Shown here piece after piece: positions 12,046-24,530 of a stretch of DNA of 50,988 nt (position 1 is its first letter; every line of letters begins with the position of its first letter). The position numbers and the translations under genes were made by a program. The stretch lies in NCBI RefSeq assembly GCF_004010195.1, contig NC_057719.1, positions 22,824,193 through 22,875,180 of the forward strand. The letters are read 5' to 3'. The notes below the pieces were generated by a model. That model was not told the origin of the DNA. It saw only the letters and a list, made by a program, of their open reading frames with translations, and did not search any database. This DNA is from Chiloscyllium plagiosum (lineage: Eukaryota).

Positions 12046-14093
12046 GTGCCACAGGTCAAGAGTTATCGACGAGGAAAGGGCAATTATAATGCGATTAGGC
12101 AAGACTTAGGAGGCATAGAATGGGCTAGCAAAATGCAGGGGATGGGGACAATCAAAATGTGGAGCTGGTTTAAGAAACAGGTATTGTGTGTCTTTGATAG
12201 ATATGTCCCTGCCAGGCAGGGAGGAAGTGATATGGTAAGGGAACCATGGTTTACTAAAGAAACTGTATCTCTTGTTAAGCAAAAGAGGGAGGTTTATGTG
12301 ATGTTGAGACAAGATGCTTCAGTTGAGGCAATGGAGAGTTACAGATTAGCTAGGAATAGAGAGTTAAGAAGAGCAACGAGGGGACATGAGCAGTCTTTAG
12401 CAGGTAGAATAAAGGAAAACCCTAAAGCTTTCTATAGATACATGAGGAATAAAAGGATGATGAGGGTAGGAATAGGGTCTGTCAAAGACAGAAGTGGGAA
12501 GTTGTGTGTGGACCCTGTGGAGACCAGAGAGGTTCTAAACAAATATTTCTTATCTGTTTTCACTCAGGAAAAGGAGAATATTGTAGAGGAGAAGAATGAG
12601 GTACGAGATATTAGACTAGAAAGGATCGAAGTTAGTTACAAACAGGTGTTATCAATTCTAGAAGGTGTGAAAGTAGACAAGTTCTCTGGGCCGGATTGAA
12701 TTTTTCTGAGAATTCCCTGGGAAACTAGAGAGGAGATAGCTGAGTCTTTGGCCTTGATCTTTAACTCGTCATTGTCTACAGGTTTGGTACCAGAGGACTG
12801 GAGGATTGCAAATGTTATGCCCTTGTTCAAGAAGGGCAGTAGAAATGACCCAGGTAATTATAGACCAGTGAGCCTTACTTCTGTTGTAGGAAAAAGTTTG
12901 GAAAGGACTATAAGAGATAGCATTTATAATCGTCTAACAAGCAACAATTTGATTGGAAATAGTCAACATGGATTCATCAAGGGCAGGTCATGTCTTACAA
13001 ATCTCTTTGAGTTTTTTGAGAAGGTCACCAAGCATGTGAATGAGGGTAGGGCAGTTGATGTGGTGTACATGGAACTCAGCAAAGCCTTTAATAAGGTACC
13101 AGATGGTAGGCTATGCGGAGGCATGGGATTGAAGATGATTTAGCAGCTTGAATTAGAAACTGGCTTTCTGTAAGAAGGCAACAAGTGGTAGTTGATGGAA
13201 AATATTTAGCCTGGAGTCTGGTTTCTAGTGGTGTGCCACAAGGATCTGTTTTGGGACAATTGCTGTTTGTCATTTTTCTAAACGAATTGGACGTAGGCAT
13301 AAGTGGATAGGTTAGTAGGTTTGCAGATGATACTAAAGTCAGTGGAGTGGTGGACAATGTGGAAGCATGTTGTAGGTTGCAGGGAGACTTGGATAAACTG
13401 CAGAATTGGGCTGAAAGGTGGCAAATGGAGTTCAATGCAGCTAAATGTGAGATGATTCACTTTAGGAAGAATAACAGGAAGGCAGAGTACTGGGTCAAAG
13501 GGAAGATTCTTGGTAGTGTGGATGTGCAGAGGGATCTTGGTTCCTACGTACATAGATCCCTGAAAGGTGCCACCCAGTTTGATAGTGCTGTCAAGAAGGC
13601 ATACAATGTGTTAGGTTTTATTGGTAGAGGGATTGAGTTCCAGAGCCATAATGCCATGCTGCAACTGTACAAGACACTAGTACAGCCTCACTTGGAGTAT
13701 TGTGTGCAGTTCTGGTCGCACCATTACAGGAAGGATGTCGAAGTGTTGGAAAAGGTGCAGAGGAGATTCACCAGGATGTTGCCTGGTCTGGAGCGAAAGT
13801 CTTGTGAGGAAAGGCTGAGAGACTTGGGTCTGTTCTCATTGGAGAAAAGAAGGCGAAGAGGGGATTTGATAGAGACATGCAAGATGATCAGAGCATTAGA
13901 TAGGGTGGACAGTGAGAGCATTTTTCCTAAGATAACGGCATCAGCTTGTACGTGGGGGCATAGCTACAAATTGAGGGGTGATAGATTTAAGACAGATGTC
14001 AGAGGCAGGTTCTTTACTCAGAGAGTGGTAAGGGCGTGGAATCCCCTGTCTGCCAATGTAGTTAACTCAGCCACATTAGGGGCATTTAAATAG
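12046..14093 (+). pseudogene. CR1 ORF2 reverse transcriptase, broken into several frames
   Basis: ORFs 12046-12699, 12748-13143 and 13347-14093 are consecutive CR1 ORF2 segments. Confidence 0.92.
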
Positions 14094-14600
14094 TCCTTGG
14101 ATCAGCATATGGATGATGATGGGATAGTGTAGGGGGATGGATTAGTTCACAGGTCGGCACAATATCGAGGGCCGAAGGGCCTGTTCTGTGTTGTATTGTT
14201 CTATGTTCCATGTTCTATGTTATTCCCTTCAGGTTCATTAGTGAATTGTAAAATTAAAATGACCTCTTTGGTGTGAAAGGCATTGCATCACTATCCTTTA
14301 TCAATAAATCCTTTGAACAGTTTTTGGTGGTTCTTCCACTTGAAGGAAAAGAGACAGGACCAACTGTACCTCCTTAAAACAATATATTGTTTCTTGATCA
14401 ATAAAATAGAAAAGGACAGAATTCCAGTCCATAATTGAAAGGGTTGTGAATAAAATAGTCACTTCACAAGTTTGTTCTGACCAGGTGAGATGGATGCACC
14501 CACTACCCTTTTTTCAGTCTCTGCAGTTGGTCACAACAAAGTGTTTATATCTTTTGTCATGAGGCTATACATCTTTCCAATTAAAATGACTGTAGCTGTA

Positions 14601-14958
14601 AGGGGAGGCAATGGCCTAGTGGTAATATTGTGAGATGGTTAATTGAGAAACTCAGCTAATGTTTTCGGGTAATGGGTTCAAATCCTGCCATGGCAGCTGA
14701 TGGAATATGAATTCAATAAAAATCTGGAATTAAGAGTTTTGTGATGACCATGAAACAATTGTTGATTATCAGAAAGACTGAACTGATTCGCAAATGTCCT
14801 TTAAGGAAGGAAACTACCATCCTTACCTCATCTGGCCGACACATGACCCCAGATCCACAGAAATATGGTTGACTCTTAACTGCCCTCTGGATAATTAGGG
14901 ACGGGTAATAAATGCTAGCCTATCCAGAGACATCCACATCCCATGAGTGAATTTAAAA
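14601..14958 (+). mobile_element. tRNA-derived SINE with LINE-shared 3' tail
   Basis: Box A TGGCCTAGTGG, box B GGTTCAAATCC; tail ATAATTAGGGACGGGTAATAAATGCTAGCC. Confidence 0.8.
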
Positions 14959-15008
14959 CAAACAGTTTTACTGTGAACCTTAAGGAAACAGACAAAAGGT
15001 TTTCTTGT

Positions 15009-15193
15009 GCCACATTAGGGCCATTTAAATAGTCCTTGGATCAGCATATGGATGATGATGGGATAGTGCAGGGGGATGGATTAGTTCACAGGTCAGCGCA
15101 ATATCGAGGGCCGAAAGGCCTGTTCTGTGTTGTATTGTTCTATGTTCCATGTTCTACGTTATTCCCTTCAGGTTTATTAGCGAATTGTAAAAT
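15009..15193 (+). repeat. 185-bp duplicate of 14070-14254 (CR1 3' end + ~34 bp flank)
   Basis: Near-identical from GCCACATTAGGG to GAATTGTAAAAT. Confidence 0.95.
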
Positions 15194-15397
15194 CCAAAAA
15201 AAAATTAAGACATGATGTCACGTAGCTGAACTTCATGCAGTCACTTGATCCCTCTTGCACACACAGGTACAAGCCTAAAATTGAACAAAAACATTAGCTG
15301 ATTAGAGCCCTTTGAATATCCATGAGGCATGAGGTTTTAACCAGTGAACCTGTGGCCATGGTTGATGTGTTGGTTTTTTGGATGCAGTCAGCACTAG

Positions 15398-15558
15398 AAG
15401 AAAGTGAGGATTGCAGATGCTGGAGATCAGAGTCAAGAGTGTGGTGCTAGAAAAGCACAGCCGATCAGACAGTATCCAAGGAGCAGGAGAAATGTCAGTT
15501 CTCCTGCTCTTTGGATGCTGCCTGACCTGTTATGCTTTTCCAGCACCACACTCTCAAC
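15398..15558. mobile_element. PLE fold-back insertion lacking the hammerhead core
   Basis: Inverted arms; 15-bp TSD TGCAGTCAGCA[C/T]TAG (15383-97, 15559-73). Confidence 0.85.
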
Positions 15559-16135
15559 TGCAGTCAGCATTAGCAAAAAATGTAGTTTTTTTAAGATTCT
15601 TAATTTTCTGAAGCTTGTTTTCCAGTCAATGTTTCCAACCAGAAACCTTTCTTCTTCGGAAGGAGGGAAGGACAGAGGGAGAGAATGAGGGAACCAACAT
15701 TCTCAGCCAATGCTCAATACTGTATCCTTAGTTCAATATTTCTCTATCTACCAGATAAAAGGTCCTTGAAACAGAAACTGTTTGTAAGTTCTGTGCCTGT
15801 GGAGGCTAATAATTGCCAAAGATGCTGCAACGCAAACTTGTGAAGATTATCCGAATGGTGTAAATCAAATTAGAGATAGGGCCTTGCACAATTCCTGTCA
15901 GTTGTGAGGGTAAGGGTTGCTGTGGTGTTGAACTCTGACTGACTGGATTGTAGCAAATGTTAATTTTAGCTGAGACTGCCATCAGTTTTATGTCAACCTG
16001 TATGGCCATTTTAAGTCAATGTTTTGGTTCCTTTTGAAAATAGTTTCTGTCCATGCAAATTTGCATGTACAAAATCAGCTGATGACGTGCAAGCACCAAA
16101 GCCTGAATTTGATTTTACCATGACAAGATGTATTT

Positions 16136-16231
16136 TGTGTGTGTGTGTATGTGTGCGTGTGTTTGTGTGTGGTGTGTATGTGTGGTGTGTGTGTGTGTGT
16201 GTGCATGTGCGCACATATGTGTGTGTGTGTA
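16136..16231. repeat. Imperfect (TG)n microsatellite
   Basis: Directly visible. Confidence 0.95.
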
Positions 16232-17180
16232 TACCATTTATCATCTTGACTCAGTGTTAGCATCTTTCCATCTGTCAAAGGTTGTGGAATTAATTTTACT
16301 GACACTTGTGAGGTTTATTTGAAGGTGGGGAGTTTGAGGAAATCACAAGGAGCCATGTCAGATCAGTTCCCCAACATGTTTCCACAACTGGGGCATTCTA
16401 CAGAAGGCAGGACTGTAACCAGAGGGGCTGCCTGTTTTCAGGCCAGAAGGATATTAAAATAACAGATAAGAAAGATAATCTGGGAATACAGTCACTGTTG
16501 CTGCCACTAGTTTTTTGTTCTGTATTTTTGTAATGAACTGAATTAAAATTCCCTGTCTGACATTATGTAATCTGGGCTCGTCTCCCTAGATCATTGGTCT
16601 GGGTGTCCAGATATTAAACCAATCACATAATTGGTATGTTACTGTATCCAGCTCTCAACTGGAACTTTTGAACTTTTCATTGGAACTGTGGTAGCTTGGC
16701 TTTGTTTCTGCAGAACTAAAAGATAATAGTAATGAGTATGTTAATCAGTTACATTTGTGGATTGAATTTAAAGAGTGTTATTTTATCCCAAAATAAATGT
16801 TACCAGTGGGTTATTGATAGAAACTGTATTGATGCCAATTCCTGATAGAATTGTTCAGATAATAGTGAAGTCTTTGAAAAATTGAAACCTGCTCGACAAA
16901 AAAATGCATCAAAGTCAAACTACGGCAGATAATTGCTGCAAGTGTTAACTTAAAATAAAATTAACAGTAAATGCTGGTAAAGCACAGCAAGTCAAAAAAA
17001 AAAATCCATGAAGAGAGAAACAGTTAATGCTTCAGGTCATTGATTTTTTATCAAACTGTTATCCTTTTTGAAATTTTAATTTCAAAGTCTTAGTTAGTTA
17101 CAATCTGCCAGCCCTGCAGGATGGTTTAGACAAGGGTAGAGGATGATTAAGTTATGAACTGTCTGTAACTTGATCCAAAC

Positions 17181-17985
17181 TGGCACTGTGGCTCAGTGGT
17201 TAGCACTGCTGCCTCACAGTGCCAGGGACCTGGGTTCAATTCTGCCCTCAGATGGCTGTTTGTACAAAGTTCTCCCCATGTCTGCATGGGTTTCTTTGAG
17301 GTTTCCACCCACAGTCCAGTAATATGCAGATATAGGTGGATTGGCCAAGCTAAATTGCCCATTGTGTCTAGGAATGTGTCAGCTAGGTGGGCTGGCTATG
17401 GTAATTGCACGATAAAGGGGGTGAGGTGAGTTTGGGTGGGATGCTCTTTGGAGGGTTCGTGTGGACTTAGAGTCATAGAGATGTACAGCATAGAAACAGA
17501 CCCTTCAGTCCAACCCATCCTTGCCGACCAGATATCCCAACCCAATTTAGTCCCACCTGCCAGCACGTGGTCCATATCCCTCCAAACCCTTCCTATTCAT
17601 ATACCCATCCAAATGCCTCTTAAATGTTGCAATTGTGCCAGCCTCCACCACTTCCTCTGGCAGCTCATTCCATACACGTACCAACCTTTGCGTGAAAAAG
17701 TTGCCCCTTCGGTTCTTTTATATCTTTCCCCTCTCACCCTAAACCTATGCCCTCTAGTTCTGGACTCACCGACCCCAGGGAAAAGACTTTGTCTATTTAT
17801 CCTATCCATGCCCCTCGTAACTTTGTAAACCTCTATAAGGTCCCCCCTCAGCCTCCGAGGCTCCAGGGAAAACAGCCCCAGCCTGTTCAGCCTCTCCCTG
17901 TAGCTTAGATCCTCCAACCCTGGCAACATCCTTGTAAATCTTTGATGAGCTGATGATCTGCGTCCATGATGTAGGGATTCTTATG
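17181..17985 (+). mobile_element. HE1-type SINE interrupted by a CR1 3' end
   Basis: GTGGCTCAGTGGTTAGCACTGCTGCCTCACAG head, box B GGTTCAATTC; tail TGTAGGGATTCTTATG resumes after ~17944. Confidence 0.85.
17469..17943 (-). mobile_element. 5'-truncated CR1 3' end
   Basis: ORF 17597-17929 MLPGLEDLSYRERLNRLGLFSLE..RLRGDLIEVYK; CTATGACTCT tail. Confidence 0.92.
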
Positions 17986-19246
17986 AATGCCCCAACTCCC
18001 AATATAACTCAGTATGCTTAGGGGCAAACAGGTAACCTGCTTTTGAGAGGTGGATCATTAATTTATTTAAGATAATGAGAGCATTAGATTCCAACCGACT
18101 TTTGCATTTAACAGCAGGAGTCTGGCTGCTCCAGGACTTGGGAAATTTGATAACTAAAGGATGAGGAGAAAAATAAGATTCAATGATTAAGTGTTTTACC
18201 AGTACTTTTTGTGAGATTGGAGGAAGAGGATTGTTTTTTCCATGGCTACCCATACTGAAGATCTTGATCCCCCAGGAGGGGTCTCTCGGTTCCACAATCG
18301 GTCAAATAATCAACAGGAATACTGTCTGCTTCAGCAAGATTTCATAGTTTATTATGATGCCTGGCAGCGTCTGTGTTCCTTGGAGAAATTGCGCAATTTC
18401 ATTTGGAACAAAGGCAATTTTAATTTTTTTCTTAAGAAATAGCACAGCCTTAATTACAGAGTAAATCCAATAAAGTGTAATAAAATGACATAATGGACAG
18501 CAGGTCCATGATATTTCCTGGAAAACAAAGTTATTTACTACAAATTATCTCTTCCCACCTGCATTTCAAGGTTAGCTGGGAAGGTTAGTAATGCCCTATC
18601 TAGCTTAGTTAATTCCATTGTTCTGCTTTATCTTTTGATTCAGTTATCTCAGCAGGCAGGAATGCAGCTTTTACCAGGGTGAGAAGACATTTTAAACATA
18701 GTGTTAATTTGCAACCTGAAGCCACTTTGTTATGTTACTTTACATTGAGAAGCCATTTTATGGTTAAGAAAAGCATGCATAAAATGGTTACTCCTGACAA
18801 CAGCTTAAATATAGATTTTAGTCTTCCAGTACCAACCCTGCCATAATTAACAATTGGCCAACAATCCTGCAACCCACCCTACCTCCTCAACCTCTCCAAC
18901 ACCATGATTTCCACATCAACCCCGTAAAATGTGACTACTCTGCAATGTCTTCCTCACTCCTCTCAGTTTCCTATTCTTCCCATGCATAATCACTTTCAGT
19001 GAAGTCTCTCAACTTGCCACAAATGAGTCTCCACTATTAAATTTGACATATCTGGTCTAAGATGTGAAATAAATTAATTTTGCTTAAGGGCTTTTCAATC
19101 CTCTCAAGGCAATATTTTACAGAAAAATGATTTCATTGGATGTGGGCATCACTGGTAATGCCAATCTTTGTTAATCATTCCTGATTTCCCTTGAACCAAG
19201 TAGCTTGCTAGGGAAGGAAGTGGAGGGGTTAGGTAGTGGTTAAGAG

Positions 19247-19840
19247 TATTGTGGATGAGATCAGACCTCCTCAGAATATTTTAAGAAGATCACCTAGATC
19301 CTAACTCTTTCTTACTTTAAAGGCCAGTGTAAAGTGCCTGTTCCAGAAGAAATGCGACTGGTCAAACCACTCGACATTAAGCAAAAGAAATTTATTCAAA
19401 CACTGTGTTAAAAATACAGCCAAAGAAGGAGGAATTCAGAATAATAAATACAGTAACTATTATGAATTAACTGTTCTATTGTAGTAACATCGGATCATCT
19501 CTTCCCTTGGCAAAAAATAGAAAATTCAGACACAGATTCTCACATGCAGTTCTCCAATCCAGGAGGGAAAAAAGCAATAAGAGAAAATTCAGAGACAGTA
19601 ATGGCCAGGAGACTTTCACTGAAGCTTCTATCTCTGCTGAGACCCAATCGCTTCTGATACTACTGAAGAAATCCAAAACACAGAAATCCTAATCTGTGAC
19701 AGCTGGCCACACCCATTCAGGCTTCTAAAAAAAGGCCTCACAAGCTGTTTATATTACTCCAGGCAGTTCTACACCTCTGCCATACAACTTCTCCTGAAAA
19801 AAAAGGACAAAATAACCATTAAAGCAACAGCATCGTCACA
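19247..19840 (-). mobile_element. Solo LTR (~594 bp, Gypsy-like 4-bp TSD)
   Basis: AGAG flanks (19243-46, 19841-44); TA(TG decayed?)...CA termini; AATAAA on minus at ~19391; interrupts a SINE cleanly. Confidence 0.7.
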
Positions 19841-20051
19841 AGAGTCAACAACATTAATGTCAGGCTGGAGACGTACGTAGGCCAGACTAGGTAGAGAAGG
19901 GAAATGTCTCTCCATAAAGGGCATTGGCGAACTAGGTGAGGTATTTTTGTGACAATTTATGATGGTTTCATCATCACCATTATTAGTCAAGTGTTTATTA
20001 CAGAATTATGAATTGAATTTAAATTTGACCAAATTTTGTGTTGAGATTTGA

Positions 20052-20811
20052 GGAGAAGGTGTGAGTAAAACTGAATGGCCTAACAGTGGATAAATCACCT
20101 AGACCAGATGGACTACACCCCAGAGGTCTAAGGGAGGGCACTGAAGAGATACTGGAGGCGTTAGTGGTGATCTTTCAGGAATCACTAGAATCAGAGAGGG
20201 TCCCTGAGTACTGGAAAATGGTTAAAATGACACCCATGTTTAAAAAGGGAGTAAGGCAAACGATGGACAGTTTCTGAATACTTCAAAGTGTATTGTAAAA
20301 TAGGGCAAAGTCAGCATGGGTCCATCAAAGGTGGTCCTGCCTGACAGGTCTGCTAGAATTCTTTGGGGAAGTAACGAGCAGGTTAGACTAAGGGCTGAGG
20401 GCTCAGATGGAGCTCAGAAGGATGCTAGGGATCTAATTGAAACATTCAGGACACTGAATGGCATGGATAGAGTAGATATTGGGAAGATGTTACTATTGGT
20501 AGAAGAGGCTAGGACCCGAGGGGCACAGCCTTAGAGTAAAGGGAAGACTTCTTAGAATGGAGATAAGGAGAAACTTCTTCAGCCAAAGAGTGGTGAATCT
20601 ATGGAATTCATTGCCACAGAAGGCTGTGGAGGCCAGGTCATTTAGTATACTTAAAACTGAGATAGATAGGTTGTTAAGTATCAAAGGATCAAGGGTTAAG
20701 GGGACAAAGCTGGAGAATGCATTTGAAAAGCCTATCAGCCATGATTGAATGGTGGAACTGACTCAACGGGCTGAATGGCCTAATATCTGCTCCAATGTTT
20801 TATGATCTTAT
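20052..20811 (+). mobile_element. Internally deleted CR1 fragment
   Basis: DKSPRPDGLHPR, then jumps to DLIETFR and RNFFSQRVVNLWNSLP; TCTTATGA tail. Confidence 0.85.
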
Positions 20812-21400
20812 GACTTGTCTCCAATGTCTGTAGCATATTAATCCAATGATATGGCTACCACACCACCATCTCCCCCATTGTTCTACATTATGATTTGATT
20901 TGATTCTTACCGTGTTAGCAATAATTACAATGAGATTTGGAAAAAGTATCATTTGCAATCTTGCCAGCCACTAAGATGGGGCTTTTGCAAAGATCTGTTG
21001 CACAAAGAAAATAACATTCAGTACAATCTTAAAACACATTTTGGTCTACATGCTGAGATGTAAGATGTTGATATTTTTCCAGTTATTCAAATCTAGTTTA
21101 ACTTGTTGCATTGCAGCATATCTTTTACTTTAAAATATTGTGACTGCCTTAGATCAGTGGTTGTAATTTTGCCACTGCATTAGTAGCCTGCCGGTTCCAG
21201 CCAAAGACGTTTTTTTTCACCAAAAATATAGCCTGTTTATAACATCTGAAAAAATACATTACAAAACATTTTGACTTTAAAACTACAGAAAGTGCAATAA
21301 AATTCAACTTGTTCCATTCTTTGTTGCTTTCACACTATTGTAATACTTTAGATTGTAATACATATAGCCTGAAGACAAAATATTTCAAATTGCAGGAATT

Positions 21401-21446
21401 CAATATTTATCTATACAGCAATATTTATCTATACATTTATCTATAC
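21401..21446. repeat. Short tandem repeat (ATTTATCTATAC x3)
   Basis: Directly visible. Confidence 0.8.
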
Positions 21447-22799
21447 CTCAAATAGATTTCAATTGTTTTGATATTCACTATGTACACACCTTGACAGGCA
21501 TACAATTTGAGGAGTTCTACAGAGCTTCCTGTATGTGGCTGAGCTCATACCCCAGTACAGAACAAAGCAAAATGCCAAAAAGTGTCTAAAATCTGTATAT
21601 CAGCCTACCATTAGTTCTTTCAGCTAAGTTAGCTTTTGGTGAAATCTTCTTCCAAACTTCCGTGTCAATATCTGCCTGTGATATTTACAACTGGCTGTCT
21701 ATGACATGCCGAGAACTCGTGTTTATGAATCCTAAAGTTGATTCTGACTTTAAGTTGCTTTTCGAAAACTTGGTAAATCTTGTTTGGCTCTTTGCAGTCA
21801 TCATTTGTAATGCTCGAGTATGTAATTCTTTTCAACCTATAATTCCTCAAAGAGAGACAGAGTTTTACAGGCTGTCTCTGTGCACCCATAATTTATTTGC
21901 TAATAAAGTGAAGATTCATTGTCTCTTTGAACAATTGAAGTCAGGTGCAGTGTCTCTGGAATGCAAGTCCATGTGCAAGTATTCTTCTTCTATTCTTCTA
22001 TCTGCTTTGCAATACTTCATTTTATTTCTGAGTTGGTTTTGTTTATCTTATCAGTTTCTTTGTTGTAGCTTTAAAAGTTATTACTTTCTTTCACTTCTTC
22101 CAGTTTTGGTTACAGCTTTGGAAATTGCAGGCTAATGCCTTTCGGTAGCATTTTTATCTTAAAAGTGAGAGTTTCAATATCATGCCCACCTGTTTTATCT
22201 TCACACATTTTCCAAGAGGCATGATGGTGGAACCAACTAACAACTGTTTACAGATAAACATTTTTGAGAAGACAAAACATTGTGTTTATGAGTTTTCTCC
22301 TTTTTCTTATAGTGAGAATCACCTGAGCAGGTTGGAGCTGTCCTTTAAAATCTGCTTTTTTCAAAACATCCAGATCAGCTGTGCCCTTCGTTTCTTTAAA
22401 GAGAGAATACTCACTGTTTCTTCTGTTCTGGTTGTTTCAGCAGTGTAGCCTTCAGCCTTTAACTCGAAATCTGAACAGGTAATGAATGATTAGTAGGACA
22501 AAAATGTTTCATGACTGACAGCTGAATGAGTGGAAGAGAGTAAGATGAAGATACTTTATACTACGGTGTTACATTTTGTCATGTTGCGTAGCTGTTTTAA
22601 AGGTATAGAATCTTTCTCAGATCTGTGCAATAATAAAACAACTCTTGATATAATATACATGAAAAGGCAGATAAAGCATCATTACGATAAAAGCAACTTA
22701 AACTAAAGGTGAAAGCTGGATGAGGGTGATGGGGCAGTTAAAATGAAAAGTAAGAGTACAATGAATATAAACAGCTGCAGGCCTCTCAAGTTTAATTGA

Positions 22800-23195
22800 C
22801 CATTCTGTGAGTCATGCCTTAAATCCGTTTTTCATCTGATCGTCATATTCTCTTCATATCCAAACATTTATTGATGTCAGCCTTGAGTAAATATTAGAAC
22901 ATTTGCAACTTCTCAGAGTGGAGAAGTCCAAAGATTTCTCACCTTGTGAGTCAAGAAATTTCTTCTTCTCTCAGTCCTGAATGGCTGACCCACTTTCCAG
23001 AGACTACGGACTCCAATTGTAGAGTCTTCAGTCATAAAAAACAGCCCACACCTGTTCATGCACTCTCAAAATTTTAGGCTTCAGTGAGATCACCTCTCAC
23101 CCTTCGAAACTCCCCATATAGTATACCCCTTTTACTCAATCTTCCAATATAATACAATGCTGCCATCCCATAAATTAATCTAATAAACCTCCTCT
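22800..23195 (-). mobile_element. Old CR1 3' fragment
   Basis: AAGAAATTTCTTCTTCTCTCAGTCCTGAATGG and GTGAGATCACCTCTC match reverse CR1 3' motifs. Confidence 0.65.
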
Positions 23196-24339
23196 ATGAC
23201 AAGAAGGAAAAATACCGCTCCAGTTACACTGCATTTCCATTGAATCCAAATATTAACATGTCATCTACAGTAGGTGACCTGGGAGTTTTCTTTAAATGTG
23301 AAGAACTTCAATTTTAGTTCAAGCTCTGCAATAAGATTCCTCATCACTGCCTATATGGTATGACCTGAGTATTCCCTATAAGTTAGCCTTTGGAACGTAT
23401 ACCACCAAGACTAGGTTCTGGTTAAGGCTTGAAGTATATGAACAACAATAATTAACACTGTTGTTAGATCTCTGGCTTACACATAGTCTGGTTCTATACT
23501 AAGTGATATTATGGCTATAGTCCATGACTGTTATACCATATGTGGCTGACTGATTGATATATACTGCATTGCTACTGAAGGTGAGGTGAGGATCTTTATA
23601 CTGGAATGTTACATGGCATGTTGTCATCTAATTGTCTCAAAGTACATTGCCTGTTGGGATCTAGACAATACAATAGTGACCAGAAAATAATGATTCCTTC
23701 TCCTGATGGGAAAGAGAGTATTGGCCAACTGAGACCAAGGCAGGTAACTTGTTAAACTTTAATTGTGATGAAAAATGTGTGAAATACATATGTTAATATC
23801 ATTTTTTGGAGCTTGCTCTTCAAACTTGAGACACGCGGTTGTTGGTTACTCTGCTGAAAATTCTAAAACAAAAGTAGAATCAGAGAATCTTTGCAGAATG
23901 TGATGTAATTTAGTGTGTGTCAGAAAGCAGGTGATTGCCAAGTCCCTACAGTGATAATAGAAGAGGGCTACTATTGTGGGTTTATTACAGGGAGTGTAAA
24001 CATTGAGGCCAAGTAAGCTTGCCTTTTGTTTGAGCAAACAAGGAAAAAACCCAGAGACTGAAAGTTTTTCAGACAGTTTTAGTGGAGGCTCAACTAAAAT
24101 CAGAAGCAAATGGACAGTGTAATTGTCCCAGATCCTGAATGATTGGAACGGTTGCGGTAAAAAGTGGCATGATTTAAAAAATGAGATTTTACATTAGAAA
24201 AATCTCCCAGTTTTGCACCCAAGGTTTGAACAACAGGATGAGAATCTCACTGCTGAGCAACAAGAAGCATCCCATTATTATATATTTGCACATCACTTAT
24301 TGGAAAATTGTTATTCTCCCATACGCTGGACAGAAACTA

Positions 24340-24530
24340 CAGAGGAACCTCAATTATCTGAACGAGATGGGCATGCACTATTTCGTTTTAAAGTCTGCTC
24401 CCTGTTCAGGAGACTGCAGCAGCACACAGCACATGAGCCCCTGCCCCCAATACCGCCCACGTCCAACACTGCCCCCACCCGCCACACAAAACCCCTCAAA
24501 CACCGCCCACCCACAACCCCAACCCAGTAA
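24340..24530 (-). mobile_element. Truncated copy of the long pogo/Tigger-like MITE
   Basis: TA + CAGAGGAACCTCAATTATCTGAACGAG; reverse-complement homology to ~35330-35557. Confidence 0.75.

Larger units (their letters stand above)
10500..14220 (+). mobile_element. Long CR1 LINE (partial ORF1, EN-RT ORF2, 3' UTR); internally deleted and frameshifted
   Basis: YRPP, MGDF, VDKFSGPD, NYRPVSLTS, VPQGSVLG, FADDTK, HLEYCVQFWS motifs; (TTCTATG)n-type tail at ~14198-14220; 5' boundary approximate. Confidence 0.95.
19130..20875 (-). mobile_element. SINE of the 14601 family, split by a solo LTR and a CR1
   Basis: Reverse-complement homology resumes at 19841-20050 and ~20812-20875. Confidence 0.65.

Noticed and set aside
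12046..14093. Active or domesticated reverse transcriptase
   Set aside because: Multiple stops, frameshifts, a deletion and a nested insertion
16011..16322. His/Thr- and Cys/Val-rich ORFs
   Set aside because: Produced by the (TG)n microsatellite
17181..17245. tRNA gene-like heads (also 14601, 43393)
   Set aside because: Box A/B belong to SINE heads; no complete cloverleaf
21662..22135. 157-aa plus-strand ORF
   Set aside because: F/L/S/C-rich shadow of the purine-rich minus strand; no motifs
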